DNA of 64,000 bases. Source: Myxococcales bacterium (GTDB lineage Bacteria; Myxococcota_A; Polyangia; Polyangiales; Polyangiaceae). Positions 9,574 to 19,887 of the stretch are shown piece after piece (within the stretch, counting starts at the first letter, position 1; each line of letters opens with the position of its first letter). The notes below the pieces were generated by a model. The model was not told where the DNA came from. It saw only the letters and a program-made list of their open reading frames with translations, and made no database searches. The stretch lies in contig JAYTOU010000037.1 of assembly GCA_043747615.1 (NCBI GenBank), forward strand, positions 32,001 to 96,000, read 5' to 3'. A program made the position numbers and the translations under genes.

Positions 9574-11282
9574 TCAACCCGTCGATGACGTCGCGGGGAG
9601 CACAAGCACCATGCGCGCGCCCGCTCCGCTTCCGTCGTAGCTGAGTGTTCCGCCGTGCGCCTCGGCAATCTCGCGCGCGATGTAGAGCCCAATCCCGGAG
9701 CCACGCACGCCGACGTCGCCTTCGCGGTGGTGCTCGACGCGAAAGAATTTCTCGAAGATGCGCTCGCGGAACTCGGGAGGCACGCCAGGACCGGAGTCCT
9801 CGACGGCGACCGATACCGCAGCCTCAGTCCGCGTCACGACCGTAGAGATTTGTCCGCCCGCAAGAGTGTACTTCAACGCGTTCGCGAGCAGGTTGGCGAA
9901 GACGACGTGCAGACGGGCCGCATCGCCCCGCACCACGCACGAACGTGCGCCTTCGACGACCAGCGTGATCTCGGCCTCATCGCACGATAATCGGATCGCC
10001 TCCACTTCGCGCTGCAGGAGCGCGTCCACGTCTACGCGATCCATGTTCAAGCGCAGCTGGCCAGCCTCGATGCGCGTGAGATCCAAGAACTCGTCCACCG
10101 TGGCCGCGAGCTGATCGATACCGACCAGCGCAGTTCGCACCAGCTCTCGATCTCGGGCATCGAGCGCGGCGGCGTGCTCCTGGAGCAGGAGAAGCGTCAT
10201 GCGGAGCGTCGTGAGTGGGGTGCGTAGCTCGTGGGACGCGACCGCGATCAGCTCCGTCCGCATCTCGTCGAGACGCACCAGATCCGTCACGTCGGAGAGG
10301 ACAAGCACGGCGCCGCGACGGCCATGCGTAAACCCTTCGATCGCGACCACGCGCGGCAGGAGCTTTCGATTCGCATCGCCGACACGCAAAGCGATGGCTT
10401 GAGAGAGGTCGACCGCCGGAATGATTTCCTGCAGCTCCCCTGCGAGCGCCGCGCGGAGCGCAGTCTTCGTCCAGTCGGACACCGGGAGGTCGCTCAGCGT
10501 GTCCACGCGACTCGCGGAACGCATCACTTCGAGGGCGCGCGGGTTCGCAGACGCTACCGCTCCATCGGGCGACACGACGACCACGGCATCGGGGAACGCA
10601 GCCAGGGTCGCCTCGAGGGTCTCTTTTGCGCGAATGACCTCCTCGACGTTCGCCCGACGAAACGCGCCCAGATCGGCCGCCATGCGATTGAAGCCTTCAG
10701 CGAGCCTCCCGAGCTCGTCGGCGCGCTGATTGGGGACCCGGCGCTCGAAGTCACCCCGCCGCGTGCCCAGCTCGCGACGGTCTGTGCCGATCGGAAGTGG
10801 TCATCGCGAATCGTCGCCGCCTCGAAGACCGCACGGCGCAGCAAGGGATTGACGATCTCGTGATAGCGAAGCCGCGTCGCAGCGTCGTGCGCGCCGGCAA
10901 GCAGCTCGTCGCCCGCGCGATGATACGCATTGAGGTTGCGAACGAGCGAGGCGGAGGTTGCGCGCTCGCCCGCGCCGATGAGAAGTGCGTCGAGCGCCTT
11001 GAAAGCCTCCGACACGGAGGCGCGATCGAGCTCAAGGGCCTGTCTGCCCCGCGCTTCGTCAGCGAGCGTGAGAAGGAGCGCGTCGTCCTCGCGCTCGAGC
11101 GCCGTGGCCAGGGTCGCCGTCGCCGCGGTGGTCTGCTCGCTGTCGCGGAGCGTCGCGTCGACGACTCGGCTCACCTGTCTGAAGGACCAAGCGCTCCAGC
11201 CGCTCGAGACGGCGGTGGCCGCGACGAGCACCGCGCCCGCCAGAAGGAACTGCACCCGGATACCGAGAGCCAGCGGCTTCAT
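9574..11282 (-). pseudogene. HAMP/PAS sensor histidine kinase (KinB-like) disrupted by an out-of-frame internal deletion
   Basis: N-terminal TM1 and sensor (MKPLALG..QTVASWAR) in one frame; second half of HAMP (RRGDFERRV..DELGRLAEGFNRM), PAS, SHELRTPL and HATPase in another frame; TM2 absent. Confidence 0.8.
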
Positions 11283-11587
11283 GTGAGACCGTAACGCTTG
11301 CGCTTTCGTTGGAGCGTCGTGCTGTCGATCCCGAGCAGCTTTGCGGCCGTCTCGAGCGTCGGCGCCCGCGCGATGACGCGCGCGATGTGCTCGCGCTCGA
11401 GCGCCTCGAGTGAGACGTCGGCACCGAGGACGATATCGATCGAAGCGTCGCTGCCGGCGATGTGCTCGTTCGCCGCCGCCGGAATCCCGAGGTCCTCCGG
11501 CTCGATGCACGGTCCCGGGCTGAGGATCAGCGCTCGCTCGACTGCGTTGCGAAGCTCCCGAAGGTTACCTGGCCACCCGTAGCTTCG
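11279..11587 (-). pseudogene. 3' fragment of a sigma-54-dependent Fis-family response regulator
   Basis: Only SYGWPGNLRELRNAVERA and the Fis HTH (AAKLLGIDSTTLQRK) remain; receiver and AAA+ core missing; ATGA overlap with the kinase. Confidence 0.85.
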
Positions 11588-11590
11588 GCA

Positions 11591-11971
11591 GTCTTCATGC
11601 GCGCGATGTTTTCGGACGGGCGGACCGAGGTCGATGCTTTCGACTCGGCCGACCGAGATTTCTCGCTCGGCGCAGTCGCGAAGGGAAAGCTGTGGCGACG
11701 ACCGCTGGACGTCGCCGGCGCTGGGGTCGCGGTAACGTGGATCTCGGAAGCCCACGCCCGCTACATGGCGAAGGGGGGCATCGACGCGTTCACAGGAGAC
11801 GGCGTGCTCCCCCGCCACGGGCCCGAGGAACTCCTAGAGGGATTCTACTCGCTCAATCTGTTCAAGGCTCTCTGGCTCGCAGTCGACTATCAATTCCTGG
11901 TCAACCCCGCTTACAACCGGGACCGCGGGCCCGAGCACGTGTTCGCCGGGAGGGTCCATGCGGAGTTTTGA
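11591..11971 (+). pseudogene. 3' fragment of an OprB-family porin
   Basis: GKLWRRPLD.AG, GG..F.GDG, E.FYS, DYQFLVNPAYNRDRGP, terminal RVHAEF; no signal peptide or N-terminal part. Confidence 0.8.
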
Positions 11972-12959
11972 GTCGCGCTGCGCGCTTCGAGCGCTGGGCG
12001 TCCTACTGCTCATGCTGACGTGGCCGAGTTCGGCGTCGGCTCAAGAGCAGGCTCAGGGGTTCGACCTCGAGCGCCTCTACACGTCGGCGCCCGGCGCCGG
12101 CTGGCTCGTCATGGATAGCCTCGACATGCACGGCGGACTGGGTGGCGCAGTAAACCTCGTCACCAGCTACGCTCGCAACCCGCTGCGTGTCACGGACGGG
12201 ACGCACCATCTCACCGTTGTGTCGGACGAAGCGTTCCTTCAGCTCGGGGCTGCGGCAACGTACGGCCGATTCCGGTTCTACCTGACGCTCGATTCGCCCA
12301 TCATCGTTCGAGGCAATAGCGGAACGGTCGGCGCGTACACTTTCTCGCCGTCGAGCTTCGACCCATCTTCGTCGCCCGACGCGATATCACACGGACGCGT
12401 GGGCTTCGACGCGCGCGCCCTCGGCGGCTCTGCGAGCCCGTTCCGACTCGGGCTCGGCGGTCAGATCTGGTTTCCCGGTGGCGCGCCCGGCTCACTGCGA
12501 AATGGCTACCTGAGCGACGGACCGCCGGGCAATGGACTCGGCGCCTACAACGCGATGGTCCGCGTACTCTTCGCTGGAGACGCTCGCTTTCTCACGTACG
12601 CCGGGCACCTCGGGTTCCACCTCCGTGCGCTGGACGACTCGCCCACGCCGGGAAGCCCTCAAGGTAACGAGATGCTCTTCGGCGCCGCCGCCGGCGCGAA
12701 GCTCACCCAGTGCGACGCTTGCAACACCCGGCTCGTGATTGGACCAGAAATCTTCGGCGCGACGGCGACACGATCATTCTTCGGGGTAAACAGCACGGCG
12801 TTCGAAGGGCTTGTCACCGGGCGCATCGAAGGCACTGCCGATGACCGGCCCCAGCTTCGATTCAAGCTCGGTCTTGGCGGTGGGCTCAATCCACACTTTG
12901 GCGCGCCGGAGGCTCGGGTGGTTCTCGCTGTGGAGCTGTTCCAGCAAAGCTCGAAGTAG
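11958..12959 (+). CDS. Exported hypothetical protein, probable outer-membrane beta-barrel
   Basis: Signal peptide (SASA|QEQ), alternating beta-strand pattern; resembles the N-terminal region of myxobacterial OmpA-like proteins (FDLERL, GAPEAR). Confidence 0.65.
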   Translation: MRSFESRCALRALGVLLLMLTWPSSASAQEQAQGFDLERLYTSAPGAGWLVMDSLDMHGGLGGAVNLVTSYARNPLRVTDGTHHLTVVSDEAFLQLGAAATYGRFRFYLTLDSPIIVRGNSGTVGAYTFSPSSFDPSSSPDAISHGRVGFDARALGGSASPFRLGLGGQIWFPGGAPGSLRNGYLSDGPPGNGLGAYNAMVRVLFAGDARFLTYAGHLGFHLRALDDSPTPGSPQGNEMLFGAAAGAKLTQCDACNTRLVIGPEIFGATATRSFFGVNSTAFEGLVTGRIEGTADDRPQLRFKLGLGGGLNPHFGAPEARVVLAVELFQQSSK

Positions 12960-13008
12960 GGGTGCAACGACAAGGGGCAAAGCGAGCACCGCGTGGCATG
13001 CTCGAGGG

Positions 13009-13521
13009 ATGAGCAAAGCGTTTACTCGAGACGACGCGGAGGAGGAGGCAGTCCTCGTCGTCGCGCGGGCGCCGCTCCCGACAGGGAAGCCGAACTATGT
13101 GACGCCACGCGGCCTCGCCGCTCTGCGCGAGGAGCTAGCGCTACTTGCCGGTGAGGGCGCGGCGCTCGAGGAGCTCGGCAACGACGCGGCGCGTGCGCGA
13201 GCGCGGCATGCGCGGGCGATGAAGATCGAGGCGCTCGAGGCGCGAATTGCGTCTGCAGAGGTCATCGACGGGCGCGCTGGCCCGCAGGACGAGGTCCGGT
13301 TCGGCGCCGACGTAACGCTGCGTGGAGAGGGGGGAGCTGAGCGGCATTTTCGGATCGTCGGCGTGGACGAGGCGGACGCACGGCACGGGCGGATCGCGTT
13401 CGTCGCGCCCCTCGCGCGGGCGGTGCTCGGAAAGCGGGTGGGCGACGCCGTCCTCGTAAGAACACCGAGCGGCGAGGAAGAGCTCGATGTGGTGGCCCTC
13501 TCCTACGACGACGTCGGGTAG
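13009..13521 (+). CDS. GreA/GreB family transcription elongation factor
   Basis: MSKAFTRDD, NYVTPRG, VRFGADV, IVGVDEAD, IAFVAPLARAVLGKRVGD. Confidence 0.88.
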   Translation: MSKAFTRDDAEEEAVLVVARAPLPTGKPNYVTPRGLAALREELALLAGEGAALEELGNDAARARARHARAMKIEALEARIASAEVIDGRAGPQDEVRFGADVTLRGEGGAERHFRIVGVDEADARHGRIAFVAPLARAVLGKRVGDAVLVRTPSGEEELDVVALSYDDVG

Positions 13522-13599
13522 ACCGCCTCGACGAGCCCCGCCCTTGCGCGCGCGCGGATGGCGAGCGCTCGTCGCTCTTCTTAAGCGTACACTCTCCTC

Positions 13600-14556
13600 A
13601 TGACCCGAGTCGCATGCGGAACCGTGCTCTTGATGCTGGGAGGCTGCAGCACGTCTGCGGCGTCGGCGATCGCTGACGGAGGCGGCCGAGGCGACGGAAC
13701 GGACGCGGGGCTCACGGCGGATGTCGGCGCCGACGTCAGCGCAGAGGGAGACGCGCGGCGGCCGTCACCCGCGGCAATCCCGCCAACGACCACGTTCTAC
13801 TGGCAGATTTCTGGTGTCATCGATCCTGCACGTGCGGAGGCCATCTACGACGTCGATCTCTTCGACGCGGCTCCGGCCGGCTCATCTCTCCTCGAGTCGG
13901 ACGGGACCCGCGTCTCCATTCCGCTCGGCCGCAACCCGGGGATCGTTGGCGCGCTCCACGCGAAGGGGAAGAAGGTCGTCTGCTACGTCGACACCGGCGC
14001 GTGGGAGAACTACCGACCGGACAAGGATCTCTTTCCGCCGGACGTCCTCGGCACGACCGACGTCAACTGGCCTCTGGAGCGCTGGCTCGACATTCGTCCG
14101 AGCTCTTGGCCAAAGTTCGAGGGGCTCATTCTCGCGCGGTTCGATCTTGCCGCGAGCCTCGGCTGCGACGCGATCGAAGGGGATCAAAATAACTCGATGG
14201 GCAACAATCCCGGCTTTCCGATCGGGCTTGCCGACGAGGTGGCCTGGTACGCGGAGCTCGCCAAGCAGATCCACGCGCGCGGCATGGGCGCGATTATGAA
14301 GAACGGGATCGAGCTCCTCTCGGCCCCGAGCGCGGCGAGCACGGTCGCCCTCTACGAGGCCGCGCTCAACGAGTCGTGCAACCAGTTCAGCGAGTGCGGT
14401 GGCTACGCAAGCTTCGTCTCGGCCGGCAAAGCGGTGTGGAACGTGGAGTACACGACGGCAAGCGCCACCTTCTGTCCCCCAGACACGACGGCGAACTACG
14501 ACGGCTACTTCGCCAACCTCGCACTCGACGGGACGACCTGGAACGCGTGCCGGTGA
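13600..14556 (+). CDS. GH114 endo-alpha-1,4-polygalactosaminidase-like lipoprotein
   Basis: Lipobox LGGC; WQI, YDVDLFD, VVCYVDTGAWENYRPD, ERWLDIR, GCDAIEGD, KN, ALNESC, VEY. Confidence 0.85.
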   Translation: MTRVACGTVLLMLGGCSTSAASAIADGGGRGDGTDAGLTADVGADVSAEGDARRPSPAAIPPTTTFYWQISGVIDPARAEAIYDVDLFDAAPAGSSLLESDGTRVSIPLGRNPGIVGALHAKGKKVVCYVDTGAWENYRPDKDLFPPDVLGTTDVNWPLERWLDIRPSSWPKFEGLILARFDLAASLGCDAIEGDQNNSMGNNPGFPIGLADEVAWYAELAKQIHARGMGAIMKNGIELLSAPSAASTVALYEAALNESCNQFSECGGYASFVSAGKAVWNVEYTTASATFCPPDTTANYDGYFANLALDGTTWNACR

Positions 14557-14768
14557 ACCCCAAGCGCGATGCGCTCTCGAAGCTCTTCGCCGGCGTCCGT
14601 GATGGCGGGCAACGTCTGCAGTCGCTCAATGGATCGAACGCGATCAGGCCAGTTACGCGTTCACGACCCGCGCCGGATGCTCTCTTCTCTACGTCGCTAG
14701 CGTCGGCCACGTCGCCGGTGTTGATCCGAGTTGCGAGGCTCGCGGCTTCGTACAGAGAATCGGCGAAG

Positions 14769-16238
14769 TCACTTGCGAACGGTTAGCTCTCCCAGATGCA
14801 GCGCTTCGAGGTCCGAGCGAATCCGCGACGCGTCTCCGATGATCACGATCTGCATCGACTCCGTTGGCAGATGAGCCTTCGCCACGCGCTGCACGTCTTC
14901 AGCGGTGACCTCCAACGGGGCAAGGATTCGGGGCATGAAGCTTTCGAGCGGATCGCCATAGATCGCGGTCGGAGTGAGCGCACCCACCGTGTCGCCTTGC
15001 GTTTCCCACCCTCGGGTCACGGAGTCACTCCTTCCCTCCGAGAGCTCGCGCGCGTCCACCGGCTCGGCGCGAATGCGGTCGAGCTCACGGAGGACCTCTT
15101 TCACGCTTTCGGCGGTGTGCTCGCGTTCGACTGCAGCGCTGATGGCGAACGTCTGCGCGGCGCGCCCGAAGTTGAAGCGCGCATCGACGTGATACGAAAA
15201 GCCGTGGGTCCAACGCACGTTGCGATTGAGGCGACTGACCAGGCTACCGCCGAGGATCGCGGACAGAACGCGGAGGGCCGGAACGTCGCTGTCGTCGCGC
15301 GGTACGCCGACGCATCCAATCCGAATGTTGGATTGCGTGTCGCCCGGTCGATCCACGATCACGATGCTCCGCGGCTTCGCCTGCGGCCGGAGTGGAGGCG
15401 GCGCGAGTGGCGCGGCCACGCCGGTCCACCCCCCGAAGATGGTCTCGAATGCCGAGGCGAGTTTGGCGGACTCGAAGTCGCCGACCACGATCAGCGTGGT
15501 CGTCGCTGGCGCGAACGCCGCCGAATGAAACCGCTGAAGGTCGGCGCGGGTCAGACGCTTCACCGACTCCGCCGTTCCAGCGTATGGCTCGTGCAAAGGG
15601 TGCCCCGGCGGGTAGAGGATCGAGCCCATGGTCACGCTCGCGAGAACGGCGGGTAAGGTCTTCCACGTGTCCAGCGTCGTGAGCTGCGCGCGACGAATCA
15701 GCTCCAGATCTTCGGCCGGAAAAGTGCTGTTGCGCAATATGTCGGAAATACGCACAAGCGCCGGACGGAGGCTCGGCGCCGGGACCTTCACGTCCAGCGT
15801 CACGGCATCGGAGGAAACGTCGGCGTCGTAGACGGCGCCCATCTCGTTGAAGGCCTGTCGGAGAACTCCATCGCGCCGAAGGGACGTCCCCTGGAAGAGC
15901 ATCTGCGTCGCGAAGGCGGCCACTCCGACCGGCGCGCCGCCCGCGCCACGACCGACCACGACCCGGATGTTCACGAACGGTAGCTCATGTTGCTCGAGCG
16001 CGAGGAAGCGGACGCCATTCGGGAGGCGCGTCTCGCGGATATCTCTCAGGGCGCGGTGGACTGAGGCGCCCGGCGGCGGCGGAGTCTGGCGAAACTCCTC
16101 GTCGGGCATCTGCGTCGGGAAAACGTGCGACGGCTTCCAGGTCGTCGACGTCACAGGCAACGCCGGCCCAAACCGATCGGATTTGCCGCAGCCGAAAGCG
16201 CAAACTACGAAGACGAGGCGCGCCCAACGGAACATCAT
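14769..16238 (-). CDS. M16 (pitrilysin) family peptidase, non-catalytic subunit
   Basis: RLPNG, QMLFQGT lacking HxxEH, ILGGSLVSRLNRNVR..GFSY; overlaps the upstream M16 gene by 4 nt. Confidence 0.88.
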   Translation of the reverse strand: MMFRWARLVFVVCAFGCGKSDRFGPALPVTSTTWKPSHVFPTQMPDEEFRQTPPPPGASVHRALRDIRETRLPNGVRFLALEQHELPFVNIRVVVGRGAGGAPVGVAAFATQMLFQGTSLRRDGVLRQAFNEMGAVYDADVSSDAVTLDVKVPAPSLRPALVRISDILRNSTFPAEDLELIRRAQLTTLDTWKTLPAVLASVTMGSILYPPGHPLHEPYAGTAESVKRLTRADLQRFHSAAFAPATTTLIVVGDFESAKLASAFETIFGGWTGVAAPLAPPPLRPQAKPRSIVIVDRPGDTQSNIRIGCVGVPRDDSDVPALRVLSAILGGSLVSRLNRNVRWTHGFSYHVDARFNFGRAAQTFAISAAVEREHTAESVKEVLRELDRIRAEPVDARELSEGRSDSVTRGWETQGDTVGALTPTAIYGDPLESFMPRILAPLEVTAEDVQRVAKAHLPTESMQIVIIGDASRIRSDLEALHLGELTVRK

Positions 16239-17629
16239 TCGGCCCTCACCAGGCGGCCCGAGCGTGGCGCTCCGTCACGCGGCGTCACGAAAGTGATCAC
16301 CCGTTTATCGAACGGAAGAAATTGGTAGAAGGCGTCGCGCACGTCTTCGACGAGCACCGACTGCCGAGCCGCGAGCTCCGGGCCGATATAGTCCGGAGTA
16401 CCGGCGTACTGGTTGTACGAGTTGAGGAGGTCCGCCCGCGACGAGAAGCGCTCCGCACCATAGACGTTCGACATGAGGAGCCTCGCGCGTCCGATGGAGA
16501 ATGCCACGCGGTCCGCGCGCCAGGCCCGCGCGTAGTCGAGGGTGACGTCGAGCTCTTTCAGAACGCGATCGAGAGGCTCGTTCGGCAGAGCGGTGACCGT
16601 CACTTCGAGCACGCTCGCGAGCTGCCCCGCCTGCAGCGAAACATTGACCGCATCGGCCACCTTCTCGCGCTTCACCAGGTTCTCCCAGAGCCATCCTTGA
16701 AGGACTCCGCGCCCGACCTCAAGCTCCTTGTGCCCCGGCGCGTAGCGAGGGGGCACCGGCCACGACGCGACGACCAGTCCGCGCTGTACGTCGGCTTCGA
16801 CGAAGAGACGCTTCTCGCGCGCAAGCGAGGACAGCGTGGGATCTCGCTGAATGGGAGGCGCCTTGGCCGGCGGGATCGCGCCAAAGTACTTGAAGATAAG
16901 CTCCTTCGTGCGCGCGCTTTCGAAGTCGCCGACCAGCACCAAGGTGGCGTTGTTTGGCACGTAGAAGGTGCGGAAGAATGCGCGCACCTCGTCGAGCTTG
17001 GCCGCATTGAGCTGCGCTTCATCGCCGATGGGAAGATGGCTGTACGGGTGCGCACCCGGAAACAGAACGGGGTAGATGAGCGAGTCGACCTGCCCAAACA
17101 GCGCATTTTCGTTGCGCTGGCGAAACTCGTTCTTCACGACGTTGCGTTCGCGCTCGAACGCATGTTGATTCAGGCCGTCGAGCAAGAACGCCATGCGATC
17201 GCTCTCGAGCCACAGCCCGAGCTCGAGGTGGTCCGCCGGTACGGTCTCGAAATAATTCGTGCGATCGAACGAGGTCGTCGCGTTCACGTCGTGGCAGCCG
17301 ACGTCCCTCAACTTCGCCGTGAACTCTCCCTCGGCGACGTGGCGCGATCCCCCGAACATCAAGTGCTCGAAGAGATGCGCAAAGCCCGCCCGCCCCGGAG
17401 GGTCGTCTTTCGATCCCACGTGGTACCAAATGTTCAAAGCCACCGTGGGGCTCTTGTGATCCTCCTGCAGAATCACCTCGAGCCCGTTGTCTAGTCGGTA
17501 GCGCGTCGTCGGAAGACGGACCGCCGTCGGAAATGCGTAGTCCAGCACGTACGGCGACTTCGCCGGTGCGCACGCGAAGGAACATGCGACCGCCGCAACG
17601 ATCACCCACCTCACCAACCCCATCGTCAT
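16235..17629 (-). CDS. M16 zinc peptidase, catalytic subunit (probable lipoprotein)
   Basis: WYHVGSKDD, GFAHLFEHLMF (HxxEH), NATTSFDRTNY, ERNVVKNE, FYVPNNA. Confidence 0.93.
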   Translation of the reverse strand: MTMGLVRWVIVAAVACSFACAPAKSPYVLDYAFPTAVRLPTTRYRLDNGLEVILQEDHKSPTVALNIWYHVGSKDDPPGRAGFAHLFEHLMFGGSRHVAEGEFTAKLRDVGCHDVNATTSFDRTNYFETVPADHLELGLWLESDRMAFLLDGLNQHAFERERNVVKNEFRQRNENALFGQVDSLIYPVLFPGAHPYSHLPIGDEAQLNAAKLDEVRAFFRTFYVPNNATLVLVGDFESARTKELIFKYFGAIPPAKAPPIQRDPTLSSLAREKRLFVEADVQRGLVVASWPVPPRYAPGHKELEVGRGVLQGWLWENLVKREKVADAVNVSLQAGQLASVLEVTVTALPNEPLDRVLKELDVTLDYARAWRADRVAFSIGRARLLMSNVYGAERFSSRADLLNSYNQYAGTPDYIGPELAARQSVLVEDVRDAFYQFLPFDKRVITFVTPRDGAPRSGRLVRAE

Positions 17630-17693
17630 TGAATTAAACTAGTCTATCTTCGCTTTTTCCGCCGCGAGGAACTCGGTGCCGAGCCGCGAAGGC

Positions 17694-18797
17694 CTAGATG
17701 CCGCGCATAGTTTCCGCGATCAGCCAGTCGACGACTTCCTTGGGGTTCTTCGTCTTCTCGAAGACCTCGATCTGGCGGTGCGCGCTCGAGCCGTTCTTCG
17801 CGATGTGGACGATGCGCTCCATCTTGTTCTTGGTGCCGAAGATCGAGGTGGTCTCGTCGACGAACTCGATGAGCTCGTGGACGAGATCGATGAACGGCCG
17901 CTCCTCGCTCCGCCCGAAGTCGATCATCTGGGCTTCCGTTCCGAAGCGGAGGGCGCGCCATTTGTTCTCTTCGATGAGCGACCGCGGATAGGTGCGCCAC
18001 GACGTGTTGCGACGGTACATGAGGTACAGCTTTGCCATCAGCGCCTGAACGAGCGCCACGATGGCCACGGTGTCTTCCATGTTCGTCGGCATGTCGCAGA
18101 TGCGAACTTCGACCGTGTCGTAGAGGTGGTGCGAGCGAACGTCCCACCAGATCTTCTTCCCGTTGTCGATGCAACCGGTGCGAATGAGCAGGTCGACGAA
18201 GTTCTTCAATTGCTCAGGGCTGTCGAATTCGTCGGGGATGCCGGTGCGCGGAAACCGCTTGAAAATCTGGGTCCGCGTGCTCATGAGGCCGGTGCGGCGG
18301 CCCATCCAGAACGGCGAGCTGCACGTGAGCGCAAGGAGGTGCGGCAGGAAGTAACGAACCTGGTTCGCGAGCGCGAGGGCCACGCTCTTCTCTTTGATGC
18401 CCACGTGAATGTGGAGACCGAAGACGAGGTTGGCGCGGGCGACGTCTTGGAGATCGTGGACGATGTTGTGGTAGCGCGCGTCCTCGGTGATCTGCTGCGT
18501 CTTCCAATCGCTGAATGGGTGCGTGGATGCAGCGATGATGCGCAGCCCGCCCTTGCGCGCCAAGCGATCGAGCTCGCCGCGCATCTCGATGAGCTCGGAG
18601 CGAACGGCCGCGACGTCGTTGCAGACGGTGGTGCCGACCTCGACCATGGATTGATGCATCTCGGTGCGCACCCGCTCGCGGAGCACGGATTTGCCATCTT
18701 CGAGGATCCGGCTGATGTACGAACGGAGCTCGCGCGTCTCCGGATGGACGATCTGGTACTCCTCCTCGACGCCGAGGGTGAACTGTCCATCAATCAT
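17694..18797 (-). CDS. Carboxylate-amine ligase (GCS2 / YbdK family)
   Basis: FTLGVEEEYQI, EMHQSMVE, GLHIHVG, SSPFW, FPRTGIP, IWWDVR, EVRICD, ENKWRA.RFG. Confidence 0.93.
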   Translation of the reverse strand: MIDGQFTLGVEEEYQIVHPETRELRSYISRILEDGKSVLRERVRTEMHQSMVEVGTTVCNDVAAVRSELIEMRGELDRLARKGGLRIIAASTHPFSDWKTQQITEDARYHNIVHDLQDVARANLVFGLHIHVGIKEKSVALALANQVRYFLPHLLALTCSSPFWMGRRTGLMSTRTQIFKRFPRTGIPDEFDSPEQLKNFVDLLIRTGCIDNGKKIWWDVRSHHLYDTVEVRICDMPTNMEDTVAIVALVQALMAKLYLMYRRNTSWRTYPRSLIEENKWRALRFGTEAQMIDFGRSEERPFIDLVHELIEFVDETTSIFGTKNKMERIVHIAKNGSSAHRQIEVFEKTKNPKEVVDWLIAETMRGI

Positions 18798-19816
18798 CAG
18801 GCGCGCCCTTCGGGGGGAGAGGCTCGCCCTGCGGCGGGGGACGACGTGCCCATGGGAACGTGGTCGCAGAGACCTGCGGGGCGCGGGACGGGGTTGGCGA
18901 GGTACTGACGGAAGGCGTAGTCGCCATGGTTCGTGCGGCCGTCGCGCGCCGCCGCGATCGCGAACTTCGCCATCTCGTCGACCACGATGTGGAAATACTT
19001 GGGAAGAATGGCGCGGACATCCATGTCGGGGGCGGGGTTCGTGAAATCGATGGCGTAAGGGACACCGTCTTTACAGGCAAATTCCACGGAGTTCATGTCG
19101 TAACCGAGGGCGTGATTGAGGGCCCAGGCCCCGTCGAGAACCTTCTTCTCGAGCGCCTTCGGCAGGAAGCCGTCGGTCTCCACGTAGCAGCGGCGACGCG
19201 GATCATACTTGATGGGAAGGATGAAATCTTTCCCGATGCAAATGCAGCGCACGTACTCGTCGAAGTCGACGTACTCCTGAAGCGTCATCACCAGCTGATG
19301 GCTGCGGTTGTAGTCGCGGAGCAGCTCGGTCATGTTGTTGACGCGCGACACGTTCTTCCAGCCGCCGCCGTCCGCCGGCTTCATGATCATCGGAAACTTT
19401 ACGTAGTCCGCGATCTTCTCCCAATCGAGCGGGTACTCGAGATTGCGGAGCGACCGCTCGGGATCGATCGACGACGCGTAGGAGTGCGACGGCAAGAGTA
19501 CCGTTCGCGGGACGGCGACACCGAGCTTCGCGGCGAGAGAGAAGCCGAAGAACTTATCGTCGGCGCTCCACCACAGGGGATCGTTGATCACGTAGGTGCC
19601 GGCGAGCGATGCGGCCTTCAAGTGAAAGCGGTAAAACGGGACCTCGTGGCTCAGGCGATCGATGAGCACCCGGTACTCGGGGTCGAAACCTTGGGCCTGC
19701 GTGCCGCCGAACTTTGCGATTTCCGCGCGAAATCCGGGCGTTTCGTTGACTTTGGCGATGAAGGCCTGGGGAAACGAGTCTTCCCAGCCGACCACGATTC
19801 CGATTCGATCCGTCAC
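18797..19816 (-). CDS. ATP-grasp ligase (RimK-like fold)
   Basis: IDRLSHEVPFYR, INDP.W.ADDKFF, MKPADGGGWKNV, LQEYV, EFA..PYAIDFTNP; GGAGGAGG RBS before GTG 19816. Confidence 0.88.
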   Translation of the reverse strand: MTDRIGIVVGWEDSFPQAFIAKVNETPGFRAEIAKFGGTQAQGFDPEYRVLIDRLSHEVPFYRFHLKAASLAGTYVINDPLWWSADDKFFGFSLAAKLGVAVPRTVLLPSHSYASSIDPERSLRNLEYPLDWEKIADYVKFPMIMKPADGGGWKNVSRVNNMTELLRDYNRSHQLVMTLQEYVDFDEYVRCICIGKDFILPIKYDPRRRCYVETDGFLPKALEKKVLDGAWALNHALGYDMNSVEFACKDGVPYAIDFTNPAPDMDVRAILPKYFHIVVDEMAKFAIAAARDGRTNHGDYAFRQYLANPVPRPAGLCDHVPMGTSSPAAGRASPPEGRA

Positions 19817-19829
19817 GACTTCCTCCTCC

Positions 19830-19885
19830 AAACCTCAACGCCCTCAGTTGCCGGGCAAAACCTCAACGCCCTCAGTTGCCGGGCA
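19830..19885. repeat. Perfect 28-bp tandem duplication (2 copies)
   Basis: AAACCTCAACGCCCTCAGTTGCCGGGCA at 19830-19857 and 19858-19885. Confidence 0.97.
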
Positions 19886-19887
19886 GG

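Noticed and set aside
10740..10790. Programmed ribosomal frameshift in the histidine kinase
   Set aside because: No slippery sequence, and a shift alone would not restore the missing TM2/HAMP segment
11462..11818. Overlapping N-termini given by the ORF track for the regulator and porin fragments
   Set aside because: Each extension is just the antisense of the other fragment
14557..14768. Possible small gene between GH114 and the M16 pair
   Set aside because: No convincing RBS, start or motif in any frame
19830..19885. 28-bp repeat as a mini CRISPR array
   Set aside because: The copies are directly adjacent with no spacer, and no cas genes are present
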